NCBI GenBank assembly: GCA_038248895.1
Contig: JBBRWZ010000003.1
Location: 1-63,556 of the forward strand
Direction: 5' to 3'
Length of the DNA stretch: 63,556 nucleotides
From: Candidatus Limnocylindria bacterium
GTDB lineage: Bacteria > Chloroflexota > Limnocylindria > QHBO01
Positions 49,059-62,226 of the stretch are shown one piece after another. How positions within the stretch are numbered: the stretch's first letter is position 1; each line of letters begins with the position of its first letter. Below the pieces are notes generated by a model. It did not search any database and was not told the origin of the DNA. It saw nothing but the letters and a program-made list of their open reading frames with translations. A program made the position numbers and the translations under genes.

Positions 49059-50008
49059 TGCAGCGCCCCGCCGCCCACCCGTCCTGGATCTTGGTCGCCG
49101 ACGAGGTCGCCGCCGCGCTGGCGGACCGGATGCCGGTGGTGGCACTCGAGTCGAGCCTCATCGCCCAGGGACTGCCCGCGCCGCATAACCTCGAAACCGC
49201 GGCATCGGCGGAGGCCGCGATCCGCGCGGCGGGCGCCGTGCCGGCGACGGTGGCGGTGGAGGCGGGGCGGGTGATCGTCGGCGCCGACGAGGCTCTCCTC
49301 GCCCGCCTGGCGGATCCCCGACGACACGCCGCCAAGGCGGCATCGCGTGACCTGGGGCCACTGCTCGCCGCCGGGCGCCTGGCGGCGACGACGGTGAGCG
49401 GCACCATGCGCGCCGCCGCCGCCGCCGGCATCCAGCTCTTCGCGACCGGGGGCATCGGCGGCGTACATCGCGGAGCCGGGGAGACCTGGGACGTCAGCAG
49501 CGACCTCGATGAGCTGGCGGCGACACCCGTTGCCGTCGTCTGCAGCGGGGCGAAGTCGATCCTCGACCTGCCCGCGACCCTGGAGGCGCTCGAGACGCGG
49601 CGCGTGCCGGTGGTGGGCTTCGGGACTGATCGGTTTCCCGCTTTCTTCAGCGTCGACAGCGGGCTCGGGGTGCCGCATCGCGTCGACGACCCCGCGGCGG
49701 CCGCGGCAACGGTGGACGCGCACCTCGCCATCGCCGGCAATGGCGGCCTCCTCTTCGTCCAGCCGCCACCGGCGGAGGTGGCGATCCCCGCTGACGAGGT
49801 GGACAGCTGGATCGCCGACGCCCTGGCTGCAGCGACGCGGGAGCGGATCGTCGGTGGCGCCGTGACGCCGTACCTGCTCGGGCACGTGGCGGCAGCGTCC
49901 GGGGGCCGATCCCTCGCCGTGAATGTGGCGCTCATCGTGAACAACGCCCGGACCGCCGCGGCCATTGCCGTGTCGCTGGCGCACCGTCGCGTCGCGGCCA
50001 CCGGCTGA
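49058..50008 (+). CDS. psuG: Pseudouridine-5'-phosphate glycosidase
   Basis: VALESSLIAQG, ATTVSGTM, TGGIGGVHRG, DVSSDL, GAKSILD, TPYLL. Confidence 0.93.
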   Translation: MQRPAAHPSWILVADEVAAALADRMPVVALESSLIAQGLPAPHNLETAASAEAAIRAAGAVPATVAVEAGRVIVGADEALLARLADPRRHAAKAASRDLGPLLAAGRLAATTVSGTMRAAAAAGIQLFATGGIGGVHRGAGETWDVSSDLDELAATPVAVVCSGAKSILDLPATLEALETRRVPVVGFGTDRFPAFFSVDSGLGVPHRVDDPAAAAATVDAHLAIAGNGGLLFVQPPPAEVAIPADEVDSWIADALAAATRERIVGGAVTPYLLGHVAAASGGRSLAVNVALIVNNARTAAAIAVSLAHRRVAATG

Positions 50009-50077
50009 CCCACCGCGGCGGTGCGCTATCCTGCGCCGACAGCTGGGCCGCGAGGCGCGGGGTCGATGGAGGGTGGC

Positions 50078-50590
50078 ATGCGGATCTACGAGGGCAGTCC
50101 GCGCAGCGACTGGGAAGAGGTGCTGCGCAGCGTCGGCGCCTACGCCGACCAGGAGCAGCTCAAGGAGCTCCTCTTCCTGGAGCTCGACCAGGGGTTCATC
50201 CTGCAGGGCCTCGGCCCGCCGCACACCGGTGCCTGGGCCGAGGGATCGGGCAGCCTGACGAAGCGCACCTACGAGCTCGTCGAGGACGAGGTCGGCAAGC
50301 TCGTCGACGATTCCGCCGGCCGTCGCGGCGACGCGACCACCGACACCCCGCACGCCGAGATCGCCAACTACTACGAGCAGGCGCTGCGCGTGATCGGCAA
50401 GTACGTTGACAGCCAGCGGCCGCGTGACCTCTTCCTGCTCGAGCAGGAGGGCTCGTTCGTGCTGCGTCTGCTCGTCTCGAGCAACGGCAGCCTGGCGCAC
50501 CAGCTGGCGGAGTTCACCCGGGACGAGATAGTGGCTATGATCGACGCTGCACCACAGCAACGCACGACGCCGGAGACGCCCGCCGGCTGA
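50078..50590 (+). CDS. Hypothetical protein with two internal repeats
   Basis: GGAGGG SD; WEEVLRSVGAYAD... and YEQALRVIGKYVD... Confidence 0.8.
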   Translation: MRIYEGSPRSDWEEVLRSVGAYADQEQLKELLFLELDQGFILQGLGPPHTGAWAEGSGSLTKRTYELVEDEVGKLVDDSAGRRGDATTDTPHAEIANYYEQALRVIGKYVDSQRPRDLFLLEQEGSFVLRLLVSSNGSLAHQLAEFTRDEIVAMIDAAPQQRTTPETPAG

Positions 50591-50616
50591 CGCGCCCCGT
50601 AGCTGGAGAGGCACTT

Positions 50617-50769
50617 ATGAAGGCAGTGAAAGTCCTGTTGATCGGCATCGGCGCACTGCTGGCCGCCATGATCGTCATCCCGCTCACCATCCTTGCGGGG
50701 CTCTTCGTCTGGCTGAAGCTGACCGAGGAGACCGACGAGGACGAGATGGAGCTCGAGGACACGATCTAG
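50617..50769 (+). CDS. 50-aa single-pass membrane protein (below ORF-track cutoff)
   Basis: GGAGAGG SD; MKAVKVLLIGIGALLAAMIVIPLTILAGLFVWLKLTEETDEDEMELEDTI. Confidence 0.7.
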   Translation: MKAVKVLLIGIGALLAAMIVIPLTILAGLFVWLKLTEETDEDEMELEDTI

Positions 50770-50797
50770 GCGCGGCCCGCGCATCACCTGGACCGAT

Positions 50798-50820
50798 ACG
50801 GCGCCCCGACGGGCGCCCGT
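50798..50820. terminator. GC hairpin between convergent genes (no U-tract)
   Basis: GGCGCCC-CGAC-GGGCGCC. Confidence 0.35.
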
Positions 50821-50824
50821 CGGC

Positions 50825-51634
50825 TCAGCCGGCCCCGGAGAGCGCCCAGGCGACGGTCCACGCCACGGCCGCGATGAGCTGCCCGGGCCAGAGCGCCCGC
50901 TCGGCGGTGCCGCCGATCACCACGGCGGCGATGCCCACCGTCCACGCGGCTGCGGCCGGTCCGTTGCCGCGCTCGCCGAGGATGACCGCTGCTCCCACCC
51001 CCACGCCGACCAGGAACGTGATGGCCGAGGCGACGTGGCGCGATCGGTGGCGACCGAGCACGTGCGCCACGCTGCGAGACCCCGCGGCCACGTCCAGCTT
51101 CCAGTCGCGCAGCGTGTTGGCGAGGTGGGCCGCGACGGCGAAAGCGGCGGCGAGCGGCATCGCGGCGACCACCCGATCCGCGGGGGCGCCGACCCCGGTC
51201 GCGATCCAGAGTGGCAGGATGCCGAAGCTCACCAGGTAGGGGACGAAGCTCGCGGGGCTGCGCGACAGCAGCAGGTCATAGGCGACGGCGCTCGTCGCCG
51301 CCACGGCGCCGAGCGCCAGGAATGCCGGACCCAGGGCCAGCGACGCGGCCAACTGCAGCAGCGCGCCGGCGCCGGCGATGCGCAGTGCCGTGCGGGGCGT
51401 CACCATGCCAGCCGGGATCGGCTTCGCCTGGCCGGTGGCCGCATCACGATCGCGGTCCGCCCAGTCGTTCAGGGCGCCGGTGAGGAGCTGCGACCCGGTG
51501 ACGGCGAGCACGACCAGCGCGATGTGCCCGCCGTCGAAGCCCGCGCCGGCATCGAGAATGAGCGCCAGCGCGCACGAGAGAAGCACCACGGCCGCCGCCG
51601 GTGCGGGGTGGATGACACGGATGAGCGGCGGCAT
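50825..51634 (-). CDS. UbiA family prenyltransferase
   Basis: GAGGAG SD; NDWADRDRD...KPIPAG; NTLRD. Confidence 0.85.
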   Translation of the reverse strand: MPPLIRVIHPAPAAAVVLLSCALALILDAGAGFDGGHIALVVLAVTGSQLLTGALNDWADRDRDAATGQAKPIPAGMVTPRTALRIAGAGALLQLAASLALGPAFLALGAVAATSAVAYDLLLSRSPASFVPYLVSFGILPLWIATGVGAPADRVVAAMPLAAAFAVAAHLANTLRDWKLDVAAGSRSVAHVLGRHRSRHVASAITFLVGVGVGAAVILGERGNGPAAAAWTVGIAAVVIGGTAERALWPGQLIAAVAWTVAWALSGAG

Positions 51635-51718
51635 GGGCTCCTCGCTGGCGGGCGCCAATGGCGCGCGTCGTGCATCATCGCGCCCCGCCGCGTCGGTTGT
51701 CTCGCACTGGAGCCTCCC

Positions 51719-52243
51719 ATGCCCTCGAGCCGCAGCTTCCTGCCTGTCGCCATCGCGATCCTGCTCGTCACCGTTGCCGGCTGCTCCCTGGCCGCCACTC
51801 CGTCGCCGTCCAGCAGCACCCTCGTGCTGCTGTCGCAACCGCCCGCCTCGACAGCGGCGACATCCACGGGCAGCGCCGCGAGCGTCTTCGACCTCATCGT
51901 CGGCGACTGCTTCGACACCGGCGACATCAGCACCGTCGACCTCGTCACGATCGTCGACTGCGACGCCCCGCACGCGTACGAGGTCTTCGGCACAACCGAC
52001 TACGAGACGGCGGGCGACGAGACGTACCCGGGGGACGACGTGCTGAGCAACGCGGCCGACGAGTTCTGCCGCCCTGCGTTCGAGGCCTATGTCGGCATCA
52101 GCTACGGCGACTCGGAGCTGTTCGGCACGTTCATCAACCCATCGGACCAGACGTGGCCGCAGGGTGATCGCAAGATCCTCTGCGTCGCGAACACGAGGGA
52201 TCAGGGGCCGATCACCGGCAGCGTGGCGGGCAGCGAACGCTGA
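51719..52243 (+). CDS. Septum-formation-domain lipoprotein
   Basis: Lipobox VAGC; GDCF, VDCDAPHAYEV, PSDQTW..GDR.ILC. Confidence 0.8.
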   Translation: MPSSRSFLPVAIAILLVTVAGCSLAATPSPSSSTLVLLSQPPASTAATSTGSAASVFDLIVGDCFDTGDISTVDLVTIVDCDAPHAYEVFGTTDYETAGDETYPGDDVLSNAADEFCRPAFEAYVGISYGDSELFGTFINPSDQTWPQGDRKILCVANTRDQGPITGSVAGSER

Positions 52244-52294
52244 TCGGCCGGCGGGGCGTCCGGCGGAGGGCCCGCGCCGCGTAGCATGCGCGGC

Positions 52295-53560
52295 ATGACC
52301 GGCGAGAACACGCTCAACGCGGTCGAGCTCTTCGTCGCGCTCGTCGCGGTGTCGGCGCTCGTGGGCCTCGTGGCTCGTCGCGTGGCGGTGCCCTACACCG
52401 TGGCGCTCGTCGTCTTCGGGCTCGCCGCCGCGTTCTTCGCGCCGCCGCTCGATTTCGAGATCACCGGGGAGCTCGTTCTCGCGGTGCTGCTGCCCGGCCT
52501 CATCTTCGAGGCCGCCTACCAGCTCGACCTCGGCGAGCTGCGTCGCTCGTTCGGGGGTGTCGCCATCCTCGCCGCACCGGGCGTGCTCATCGTGGCGCTC
52601 ACCGTGGCAGTGGTGCTGAGCCTCACCACCGGCCTGCCGCTCGGGCTGGGCTTCGTGGTGGGCGCCATGGTGTCGGCGACCGATCCGGCAGCGGTGATTT
52701 CCACGTTCAAGCGCCTCGGCTCGCCGAAGCGGCTGGCGACGCTCGTCGAGGCCGAAAGCCTCTTCAACGACGGGACCGGCCTCGTCATCTTCGCCATCGC
52801 CATCACCGTGGTCGGGCGCGAGGTCGGCGCGGCCGAGGCGATCGGCAGCTTCGTGGTGATCGTCGTCGTATCGGCGATCATCGGTGTCGTCATCGGCTTC
52901 GTGGCCAGCCGCATGGCGGCGACCGTGGACGACCACCTGCTCGAGCTGACCATCTCGCTCGCCACCGCGTACGGCGCCTACCTCGTCGCCGACACGCTCC
53001 ACGAGTCGGGGATCATCGCGACCGTTGTCGCCGGACTGACGTTCGGGAACTACGGTCGTCGGATCGGCATGAGCGAGCGCACGCAGGAAGCGCTCGACAC
53101 GGTCTGGGAGTTCATCGCGTTTCTCCTGACTGCCCTCGTCTTCCTGCTCGTGGGCCTGGCGATCTCCATCGACCAGCTGGCGCAGGCGGCGGTGCCCATC
53201 GGGTGGGCCATCCTGGCCATCCTCGTCGGCCGCGCCATCGTCGTCTACGTTCTCGTCGGCGGCACCAGCGTGCTAATCAGCGACCGCTACCACCGCTCGA
53301 TCCCGCGTGCGTGGCTGCATGTCATGTTCTGGTCGGGCCTCCGCGGCGCCGTATCGGTCGCCATGGCGCTCGCCCTTCCGATCGGCTTCCCCGAGCGCGC
53401 GTTGCTGCAGGAGATCACGTTCGGCGTGGTGCTCTTCACGCTCCTCATCCAGGGCACCACGACCGACCTCCTGATCAGGAAGCTGGGTGTCGGAGCGCAC
53501 GATGCGCCGCGCGAAGGCCGGCCGCCGGCGTCGGACGCGGGCGAGGCGACTGCGCTATGA
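52295..53560 (+). CDS. CPA1 Na+/H+ antiporter
   Basis: LLPGLIFEAA, SATDP, ESLFNDG, WSGLRGAVS; TAGCAT at 52282-52287. Confidence 0.92.
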   Translation: MTGENTLNAVELFVALVAVSALVGLVARRVAVPYTVALVVFGLAAAFFAPPLDFEITGELVLAVLLPGLIFEAAYQLDLGELRRSFGGVAILAAPGVLIVALTVAVVLSLTTGLPLGLGFVVGAMVSATDPAAVISTFKRLGSPKRLATLVEAESLFNDGTGLVIFAIAITVVGREVGAAEAIGSFVVIVVVSAIIGVVIGFVASRMAATVDDHLLELTISLATAYGAYLVADTLHESGIIATVVAGLTFGNYGRRIGMSERTQEALDTVWEFIAFLLTALVFLLVGLAISIDQLAQAAVPIGWAILAILVGRAIVVYVLVGGTSVLISDRYHRSIPRAWLHVMFWSGLRGAVSVAMALALPIGFPERALLQEITFGVVLFTLLIQGTTTDLLIRKLGVGAHDAPREGRPPASDAGEATAL

Positions 53561-53640
53561 TCGCGTCCCGAGTGGGCATGGCGCCCTGCTCGCGTGTCGC
53601 AGCCCTTCGCCACGCTCGAGCCGCCCGCGGAGGATCGTAG

Positions 53641-56948
<3,308 letters not shown>

Positions 56949-57104
56949 CCCGCAGGTCGTGTCGCCAGTTCCCCTTCAGCGAGGCACGCGCCGCACGCCC
57001 CATCCTCCGTCCATTGCCTTCTCGCCGACGCCGGTGTGGGCGGCGTGGGCAGGGCCGGCGAGCGCGCCCGGAGTGTCAAACCCCACCGGTCCCACGAGGC
57101 GTCA

Positions 57105-58577
57105 ATGAACGACGAAGCCCGACCACCGCGCCGCAACCGCCCGCGCCGCCGCAACGACGGCGGAGGAGCCCGCCGCCAGGCACCCCGCCCCGCGTACGCG
57201 CAGCGCCGCCGCAACGACTTCGCCTCCGGCGGCTATGCGTCGATCTACGCCGGCCCCTTCCCGACCGATGACGACGACCAGGGGATGAACCTGGCCGACC
57301 TGCAAGCCAAGCCGATTGACGAGCTGCGCGAGATCGCCGGCGAGCACGGCATCGAGGGCGCGGACGACCTGGAGCACTCGGATCTCGTCCTCAAGCTGCT
57401 CGATGTCGTCCAGCTGGCGCCGAGCCGGCGCGAGCCGGTCCACGACGGCCAGCCCGGTGTGGCGGACGGGGTCCTCGAGATCGTGGACGAGGGCTTCGGC
57501 TTCCTCCGCGTCGGCGGCGTGATGCCCACCCCGGTCGACATCTACGTGAGCTCCAGCCAGGTCCGCCGCTTCGCGCTTCGCACCGGCGACAAGGTGGTGG
57601 GGCAGTCGCGGCCGCCCAAGGACCAGGAGAAGTACTGGGGACTCCTCAAGGTCGACACGGTGAACGGCGTCGAGCCGGACGTGGCACGCCGCCGCCCTCA
57701 CTTCGACCAGCTCGTCCCGGTCTTCCCCGACGAGCTCTTCGACATCGAGACGGACCAGAAGAACCTCACCCAGCGCCTGGTCAACCTCATCAGCCCCATC
57801 GGCAAGGGGCAGCGCGGGCTCATCCTCTCGCCGGCCAAGGCGGGCAAGACGACCGTGCTGAAGCACATCGCCGCCGGGATCACCGACAACTATCCCGAAG
57901 CGCTTCTCATGGTCGCCCTCATCGGTGAGCGGCCGGAGGAGGTGACCGACATGCAGCGCAACGTGAAGGGCGAGATCTACGCCTCCACGTTCGATGAGCC
58001 GACGGAGAACCACACCCGGGTCGCGGAGATGACCCTGGAGATCGCCAAGCGGCAGGTGGAGACCGGCCGCGACGTGGTGATCCTGCTGGACTCGATCACG
58101 CGCCTGGCGCGCGCCTACAACCTGGCCCTCCCCGCCAGCGGCAAGACGCTCTCCGGCGGCGTGGACCCGGTCGCGCTCTACCCGCCCAAGCGCTTCTTCG
58201 GCGCCGCCCGCAACATCGAGGGCGGCGGCAGCATGACGATCATCGCGACCTGCCTGGTCGACACCGGCAGCCGCATGGATGACGTCATCTACGAGGAGTT
58301 CAAGGGTACCGGCAACATGGAGCTCGCCCTGGACCGCAAGCTCAGCGAGAAGCGGATCTTCCCTGCCGTCGACGTCCTGCGTTCCGGGACGCGGCGCGAG
58401 GAGCTGCTCCTCGACGAGAACTCGCTGCGCATGGTCTGGACGATGCGTCGCATGCTCAGCGCGGTCGGTCCCAACGAGGGCATCGAGCTGCTGATGCAGC
58501 GGCTCGGCAAGACGACGAACAACGCGGAGTTCCTGGTCTCGCTCAGCAAGAGCGTCGAGGCCTCGGAGCGCAGCTGA
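57105..58577 (+). CDS. rho: Transcription termination factor Rho
   Basis: [39 protein letters not shown]. Confidence 0.97.
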   Translation: MNDEARPPRRNRPRRRNDGGGARRQAPRPAYAQRRRNDFASGGYASIYAGPFPTDDDDQGMNLADLQAKPIDELREIAGEHGIEGADDLEHSDLVLKLLDVVQLAPSRREPVHDGQPGVADGVLEIVDEGFGFLRVGGVMPTPVDIYVSSSQVRRFALRTGDKVVGQSRPPKDQEKYWGLLKVDTVNGVEPDVARRRPHFDQLVPVFPDELFDIETDQKNLTQRLVNLISPIGKGQRGLILSPAKAGKTTVLKHIAAGITDNYPEALLMVALIGERPEEVTDMQRNVKGEIYASTFDEPTENHTRVAEMTLEIAKRQVETGRDVVILLDSITRLARAYNLALPASGKTLSGGVDPVALYPPKRFFGAARNIEGGGSMTIIATCLVDTGSRMDDVIYEEFKGTGNMELALDRKLSEKRIFPAVDVLRSGTRREELLLDENSLRMVWTMRRMLSAVGPNEGIELLMQRLGKTTNNAEFLVSLSKSVEASERS

Positions 58578-58591
58578 TCCGCGCCCGTCCC

Positions 58592-59974
58592 ATGACTGCT
58601 CTGCGGGCTGCCACGCGGGGGTCGATGGCCGTCCTGGTCGCGATCCTCGTCAGCGCCTGTACCGCCGGCGTGCCGTCGTCGACCGCGGGGCCAGTCGTGA
58701 CCGGCGCTCCGTCGCCCACGCCGGTTCCGTCAGCGTCATCGACGCCCGGCGTGGGGGAGGTGATCCCGGCTCCGGGATCGGCGAGTGCCGTCTACCCGCC
58801 GGACCCCGCTGCAATCGTGGTGGCCATCGACGCCGGCCATGGCGGTTGCCTCGACTGGGGCGTCCCCGATCCGGCCGAGCGCGGCGTCGCCTTCTCGGAG
58901 AAGGTCATGACCCTCGGCATCGCCCTGCAGCTGCAGGAGCTCCTCCGGGCGCAGGGAGTGGACCCCGTGATGATGCGGACGGATGACTCGGCGCTCGCCG
59001 GCGACGATTATCCCGCGCTCGGCTGCACCGGCCCCGCCTGGCGCGACGTGGACGGCGATGGTCGCAGTGGCTTCGATGAGAGCGGACGGGTCCGCACCCG
59101 GGACGAGCTGCAGGCGCGGATCGACCGCGCCAACCTGGCCCGCGCCGACATCCTCGTCAGCATCCACATCAACTCGCTGACGGAGAACGGCGTTGCCTAC
59201 GAGATCGCCGCCACGCAGTCGTTCTATGACGACGAGACGCCGTGGGGCGTGGACGCGAGCGCTCAGCTGGCGAATGCCATCCAGACCGATGTCGTGGCGG
59301 CTCTCGATCCGCTTGCCTCCTACGACCGCCAGGATCGCGGCACGCAGGCGGTCGCCTACTACGCCATCAGCCGCCAATGGGAGGACGGCGACAGCTGCGA
59401 GACGCCGGGCGACACGTGGTGCAAGCCGCATCGCGCGGTGCAGATGCCGGCGGTCCTGACCGAGGTCGGCTCGATCACGCTCCGCGCCGAGCAGGAGCTG
59501 CTCACCAGCCAGGCCGGCCAGGCGGCGGCCGCCACGGGCATCTACGAAGGCATTCGCGCCTATCTCGCCGACCGCCCCGCGGCGGTCCGGTACGACATCG
59601 GCGGGACGACCGAGGTGGCGCTCCCGCGCACCGGTCCGCCGGCTGAGGCACGCGTCCTGCACGGAGAGACGGCAGCGCTCACGCTCACGAACCGCGGCAC
59701 CGCCGCATGGCCGTCGTCATTACAACTGGTGGCTGGCTGGCAGACCAGCGACCTTCCATATCTGCCTGGTCCACCCGACCGTCTCGATCCACTCCCGGTC
59801 GAGATCCCGGCCCTGGCCCCCGGAGAGTCCATCCGGCTGGACATCCCGCTCGCCGCCCCTGGCGGGAGCTCGCGCCAGGTCGTATGGGTCACGTTGCGCG
59901 GCGCGGCGGGCGACTGGACGCAGCTCGGCTCGCCCGCGCTGCAGGTCGCGAACGAGGGACGCTCGCCAGGTTGA
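58592..59974 (+). CDS. N-acetylmuramoyl-L-alanine amidase (Amidase_3), lipoprotein
   Basis: Lipobox VSAC; IDAGHGG, SEK, SIHIN, LTEVG. Confidence 0.88.
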   Translation: MTALRAATRGSMAVLVAILVSACTAGVPSSTAGPVVTGAPSPTPVPSASSTPGVGEVIPAPGSASAVYPPDPAAIVVAIDAGHGGCLDWGVPDPAERGVAFSEKVMTLGIALQLQELLRAQGVDPVMMRTDDSALAGDDYPALGCTGPAWRDVDGDGRSGFDESGRVRTRDELQARIDRANLARADILVSIHINSLTENGVAYEIAATQSFYDDETPWGVDASAQLANAIQTDVVAALDPLASYDRQDRGTQAVAYYAISRQWEDGDSCETPGDTWCKPHRAVQMPAVLTEVGSITLRAEQELLTSQAGQAAAATGIYEGIRAYLADRPAAVRYDIGGTTEVALPRTGPPAEARVLHGETAALTLTNRGTAAWPSSLQLVAGWQTSDLPYLPGPPDRLDPLPVEIPALAPGESIRLDIPLAAPGGSSRQVVWVTLRGAAGDWTQLGSPALQVANEGRSPG

Positions 59975-60000
59975 CCCGTTGCCAAACGGGCTGCTAGGCT
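59971..60000 (+). promoter_or_regulatory. Sigma70-type promoter TTGACC-N18-TAGGCT for the M23 gene
   Basis: Both hexamers visible with plausible spacing. Confidence 0.6.
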
Positions 60001-60003
60001 GTC

Positions 60004-60090
60004 CCAACACGGTTCTGAGTTGGCCTCCTGAGCGCGAACGTAGGGGGAGCCGTGGGTAGCCCTCTGCCATCACACGCCGGGAGTGACTCT
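60004..60090 (+). promoter_or_regulatory. Candidate structured 5' leader of the M23 gene
   Basis: CCAAC/GTTGG, CCTCCT/AGGGGG and CACGGTTC/GAGCCGTG pairings. Confidence 0.3.
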
Positions 60091-60093
60091 CTA

Positions 60094-60888
60094 TTGCCTG
60101 ATCCGCGACGCGCGATGCGCCGCCTGGCCGCTGCCCGCCCGCTGTCACGTGTGGCAACACACCTGGTCGTGGTGGGCCTCGTGGCGTTCTCGGCCGCCTT
60201 CGGAATCGCGGCGGCGAGCGCCCAGACGGAGGGCTTCGCCGCAGATCAGCCGTTCTTCAGCCTCGTTGGCACGGTGCGCGCCGGCGGGGTGGCAGAGACG
60301 CGGCAGCCGGATCTGACCATCGTCGTCGACCCCGCCGAGGTCGACCTGCAGCAGAAGCTCGAGCGGTCCGCGACCGCCTTCATCCCGAGCGAAGCTCCCA
60401 TTCCCACGCCCCTCGCGGAACCGGTCGCACCACCGTCGGCCACGCCCGAGCCCGCCGCCGGAACGCGGCAGGGCACCGGGTCGGTTGCGGCCAGGGCCCC
60501 GGCGGCCCCCGCCCCGGCGCCGTCCAACAACGGGACCCTCACCTGGCCGGTCCCCGGGGGCGTCATCACGCAGTACTTCCACGCTGGCCATCTCGCCCTC
60601 GACATCGCCGCTCCGGCGGGCTCCACCGTCATCGCGTCGGCACCGGGCACCGTCACCTGGGCCGGCTGGCGCAACAACGGTGGTGGCCTCGTCGTGCAGG
60701 TCGACCACGGCAACGGCATCCAGACCGTCTACAACCACCTCGGCTCGATCTGGGTCTCGCCGGGCCAGTGGGTCGGTCGCGGACAGGGCATCGCGGGCGT
60801 TGGCTGTACCGGCATCTGCACCGGTCCGCACACGCACTTCGAGGTCTACGTCAACGGCGTCGTCGTCAACCCGCTGCGCTATCTCTAG
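60094..60888 (+). CDS. M23 family peptidase
   Basis: HLALD, YNHL, HTHFEV, VNPLRYL. Start is TTG 60094 (after GGAG) or ATG 60115. Confidence 0.92.
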   Translation: MPDPRRAMRRLAAARPLSRVATHLVVVGLVAFSAAFGIAAASAQTEGFAADQPFFSLVGTVRAGGVAETRQPDLTIVVDPAEVDLQQKLERSATAFIPSEAPIPTPLAEPVAPPSATPEPAAGTRQGTGSVAARAPAAPAPAPSNNGTLTWPVPGGVITQYFHAGHLALDIAAPAGSTVIASAPGTVTWAGWRNNGGGLVVQVDHGNGIQTVYNHLGSIWVSPGQWVGRGQGIAGVGCTGICTGPHTHFEVYVNGVVVNPLRYL

Positions 60889-60911
60889 CGCGCGGACGCT
60901 CGACCGATATG

Positions 60912-60942
60912 GCGCCGGCCGCGAGGCCGGCGCTTATCATTT
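60912..60942 (+). terminator. Probable intrinsic terminator
   Basis: GCGCCGGCC-GCGA-GGCCGGCGC followed by TTATCATTT. Confidence 0.55.
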
Positions 60943-60951
60943 CCGCGCCTG

Positions 60952-62226
60952 ATGTTCGCTGACCACGCCCGCATCTTCGTCGCCGCCGGCAAGGGCGGCG
61001 ATGGCGCATCCTCGTTCCGCCGCGAGGCACACGTCCCGCGCGGTGGGCCGGATGGCGGGGACGGTGGCCGCGGGGGATCGGTGATCGTCGTCGTCGAGCC
61101 GGGCATGACCACGCTCGGCGACTATCGGCGCGCTCGGCATTTCCGCGCCGAGCCGGGGGGCAAGGGTGCCGGTCGCAAGGCGCATGGTCGCAACGGCGCG
61201 GATCGCGTCCTGCGCGTCCCGCCCGGCACTGTCGTGCGGACCCACCCCGATGGCGAATGGGTCGGGGAGCTGCTGGAGCGTGACGACCGCCTCGTGGTGG
61301 CCCACGGGGGTCGCGGCGGCCGCGGCAACGTGCACTTCGCCACGGCCACGCACCGCGCGCCGATCCACTACGAAAAGGGGACGCCCGGCGACGAGGCGTG
61401 GATAGAGCTGGAGCTGAAGTCGATTGCAGACATCGGTCTGGTGGGTGCGCCCAACGCGGGCAAGAGCACGCTGCTGGGCGCGCTGACGGCCGCGAATCCG
61501 GAGATCGGCGCCTACCCGTTCACGACCATCAGCCCCAACCTCGGCGTGGTGGAGCTCGATGCCGATGCGGAGCTGACCGCGGTGATGGCCGACGTCCCGG
61601 GGCTGATCGAGGGCGCGCACGCCGGGAGGGGACTCGGGCACCACTTCCTGCGCCATGTCGAGCGTACGCGACTGCTGGTGGGCGTCATTGACGGAGCCGC
61701 GGGCGATCCACTCGCGGAGTGGGACGCGGTGGCAGAGGAGCTGCGACTCCACGACGCCGCGCTTGTCGCACGACCGCCGATGCTGGTCGTCACCAAGCTC
61801 GACCTCGAGCCGGTCCGTGACGCGTGGCCGGGCCTGGCCAACGAGCTCCGTGCGCGCGGCCACCGGGTGGTGGGCATCTCGTCGCACGACGGCACGGGGC
61901 TCGATGAGCTGCGTGCAGCGCTGGCCGAAGCGCTCGCCGCGGTGCCGGTCCCGAGCCCGGACCAGGAGGAGCTGCGCATCCACCGCTACGCGCCGGATGA
62001 CGAGGGCTGGCGCGTGGTGCCGGAGGGTGACGGCCTGCGGATCATCGGCCGGCGGATCGAGACGCTCGCGGCACGCACCGACTTCACCAACGACGAATCG
62101 CGGGAGCGATTTCAGCGGGTTCTCGAGCGCTTCGGGATGGAGGCTGCCCTCGTCGAGGCCGGGGCGACCACGGGAACGATCGTACGCATCGGCGCGGCGG
62201 AGCTCGAATGGGGCGAGGACGAGTGA
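60952..62226 (+). CDS. obgE: GTPase ObgE/CgtA
   Basis: GGPDGGDGG, GAPNAGKST, YPFTT, DVPGLIEG, TKLD. Confidence 0.97.
   Translation: MFADHARIFVAAGKGGDGASSFRREAHVPRGGPDGGDGGRGGSVIVVVEPGMTTLGDYRRARHFRAEPGGKGAGRKAHGRNGADRVLRVPPGTVVRTHPDGEWVGELLERDDRLVVAHGGRGGRGNVHFATATHRAPIHYEKGTPGDEAWIELELKSIADIGLVGAPNAGKSTLLGALTAANPEIGAYPFTTISPNLGVVELDADAELTAVMADVPGLIEGAHAGRGLGHHFLRHVERTRLLVGVIDGAAGDPLAEWDAVAEELRLHDAALVARPPMLVVTKLDLEPVRDAWPGLANELRARGHRVVGISSHDGTGLDELRAALAEALAAVPVPSPDQEELRIHRYAPDDEGWRVVPEGDGLRIIGRRIETLAARTDFTNDESRERFQRVLERFGMEAALVEAGATTGTIVRIGAAELEWGEDE

Noticed and set aside
60001-60090. c-di-AMP or ZTP riboswitch call for the M23 leader
   Set aside because: Lacks the GAATC...GCTAAC cores of c-di-AMP; ZTP similarity is limited to GGGGAGC. 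Kept only as an unassigned candidate.
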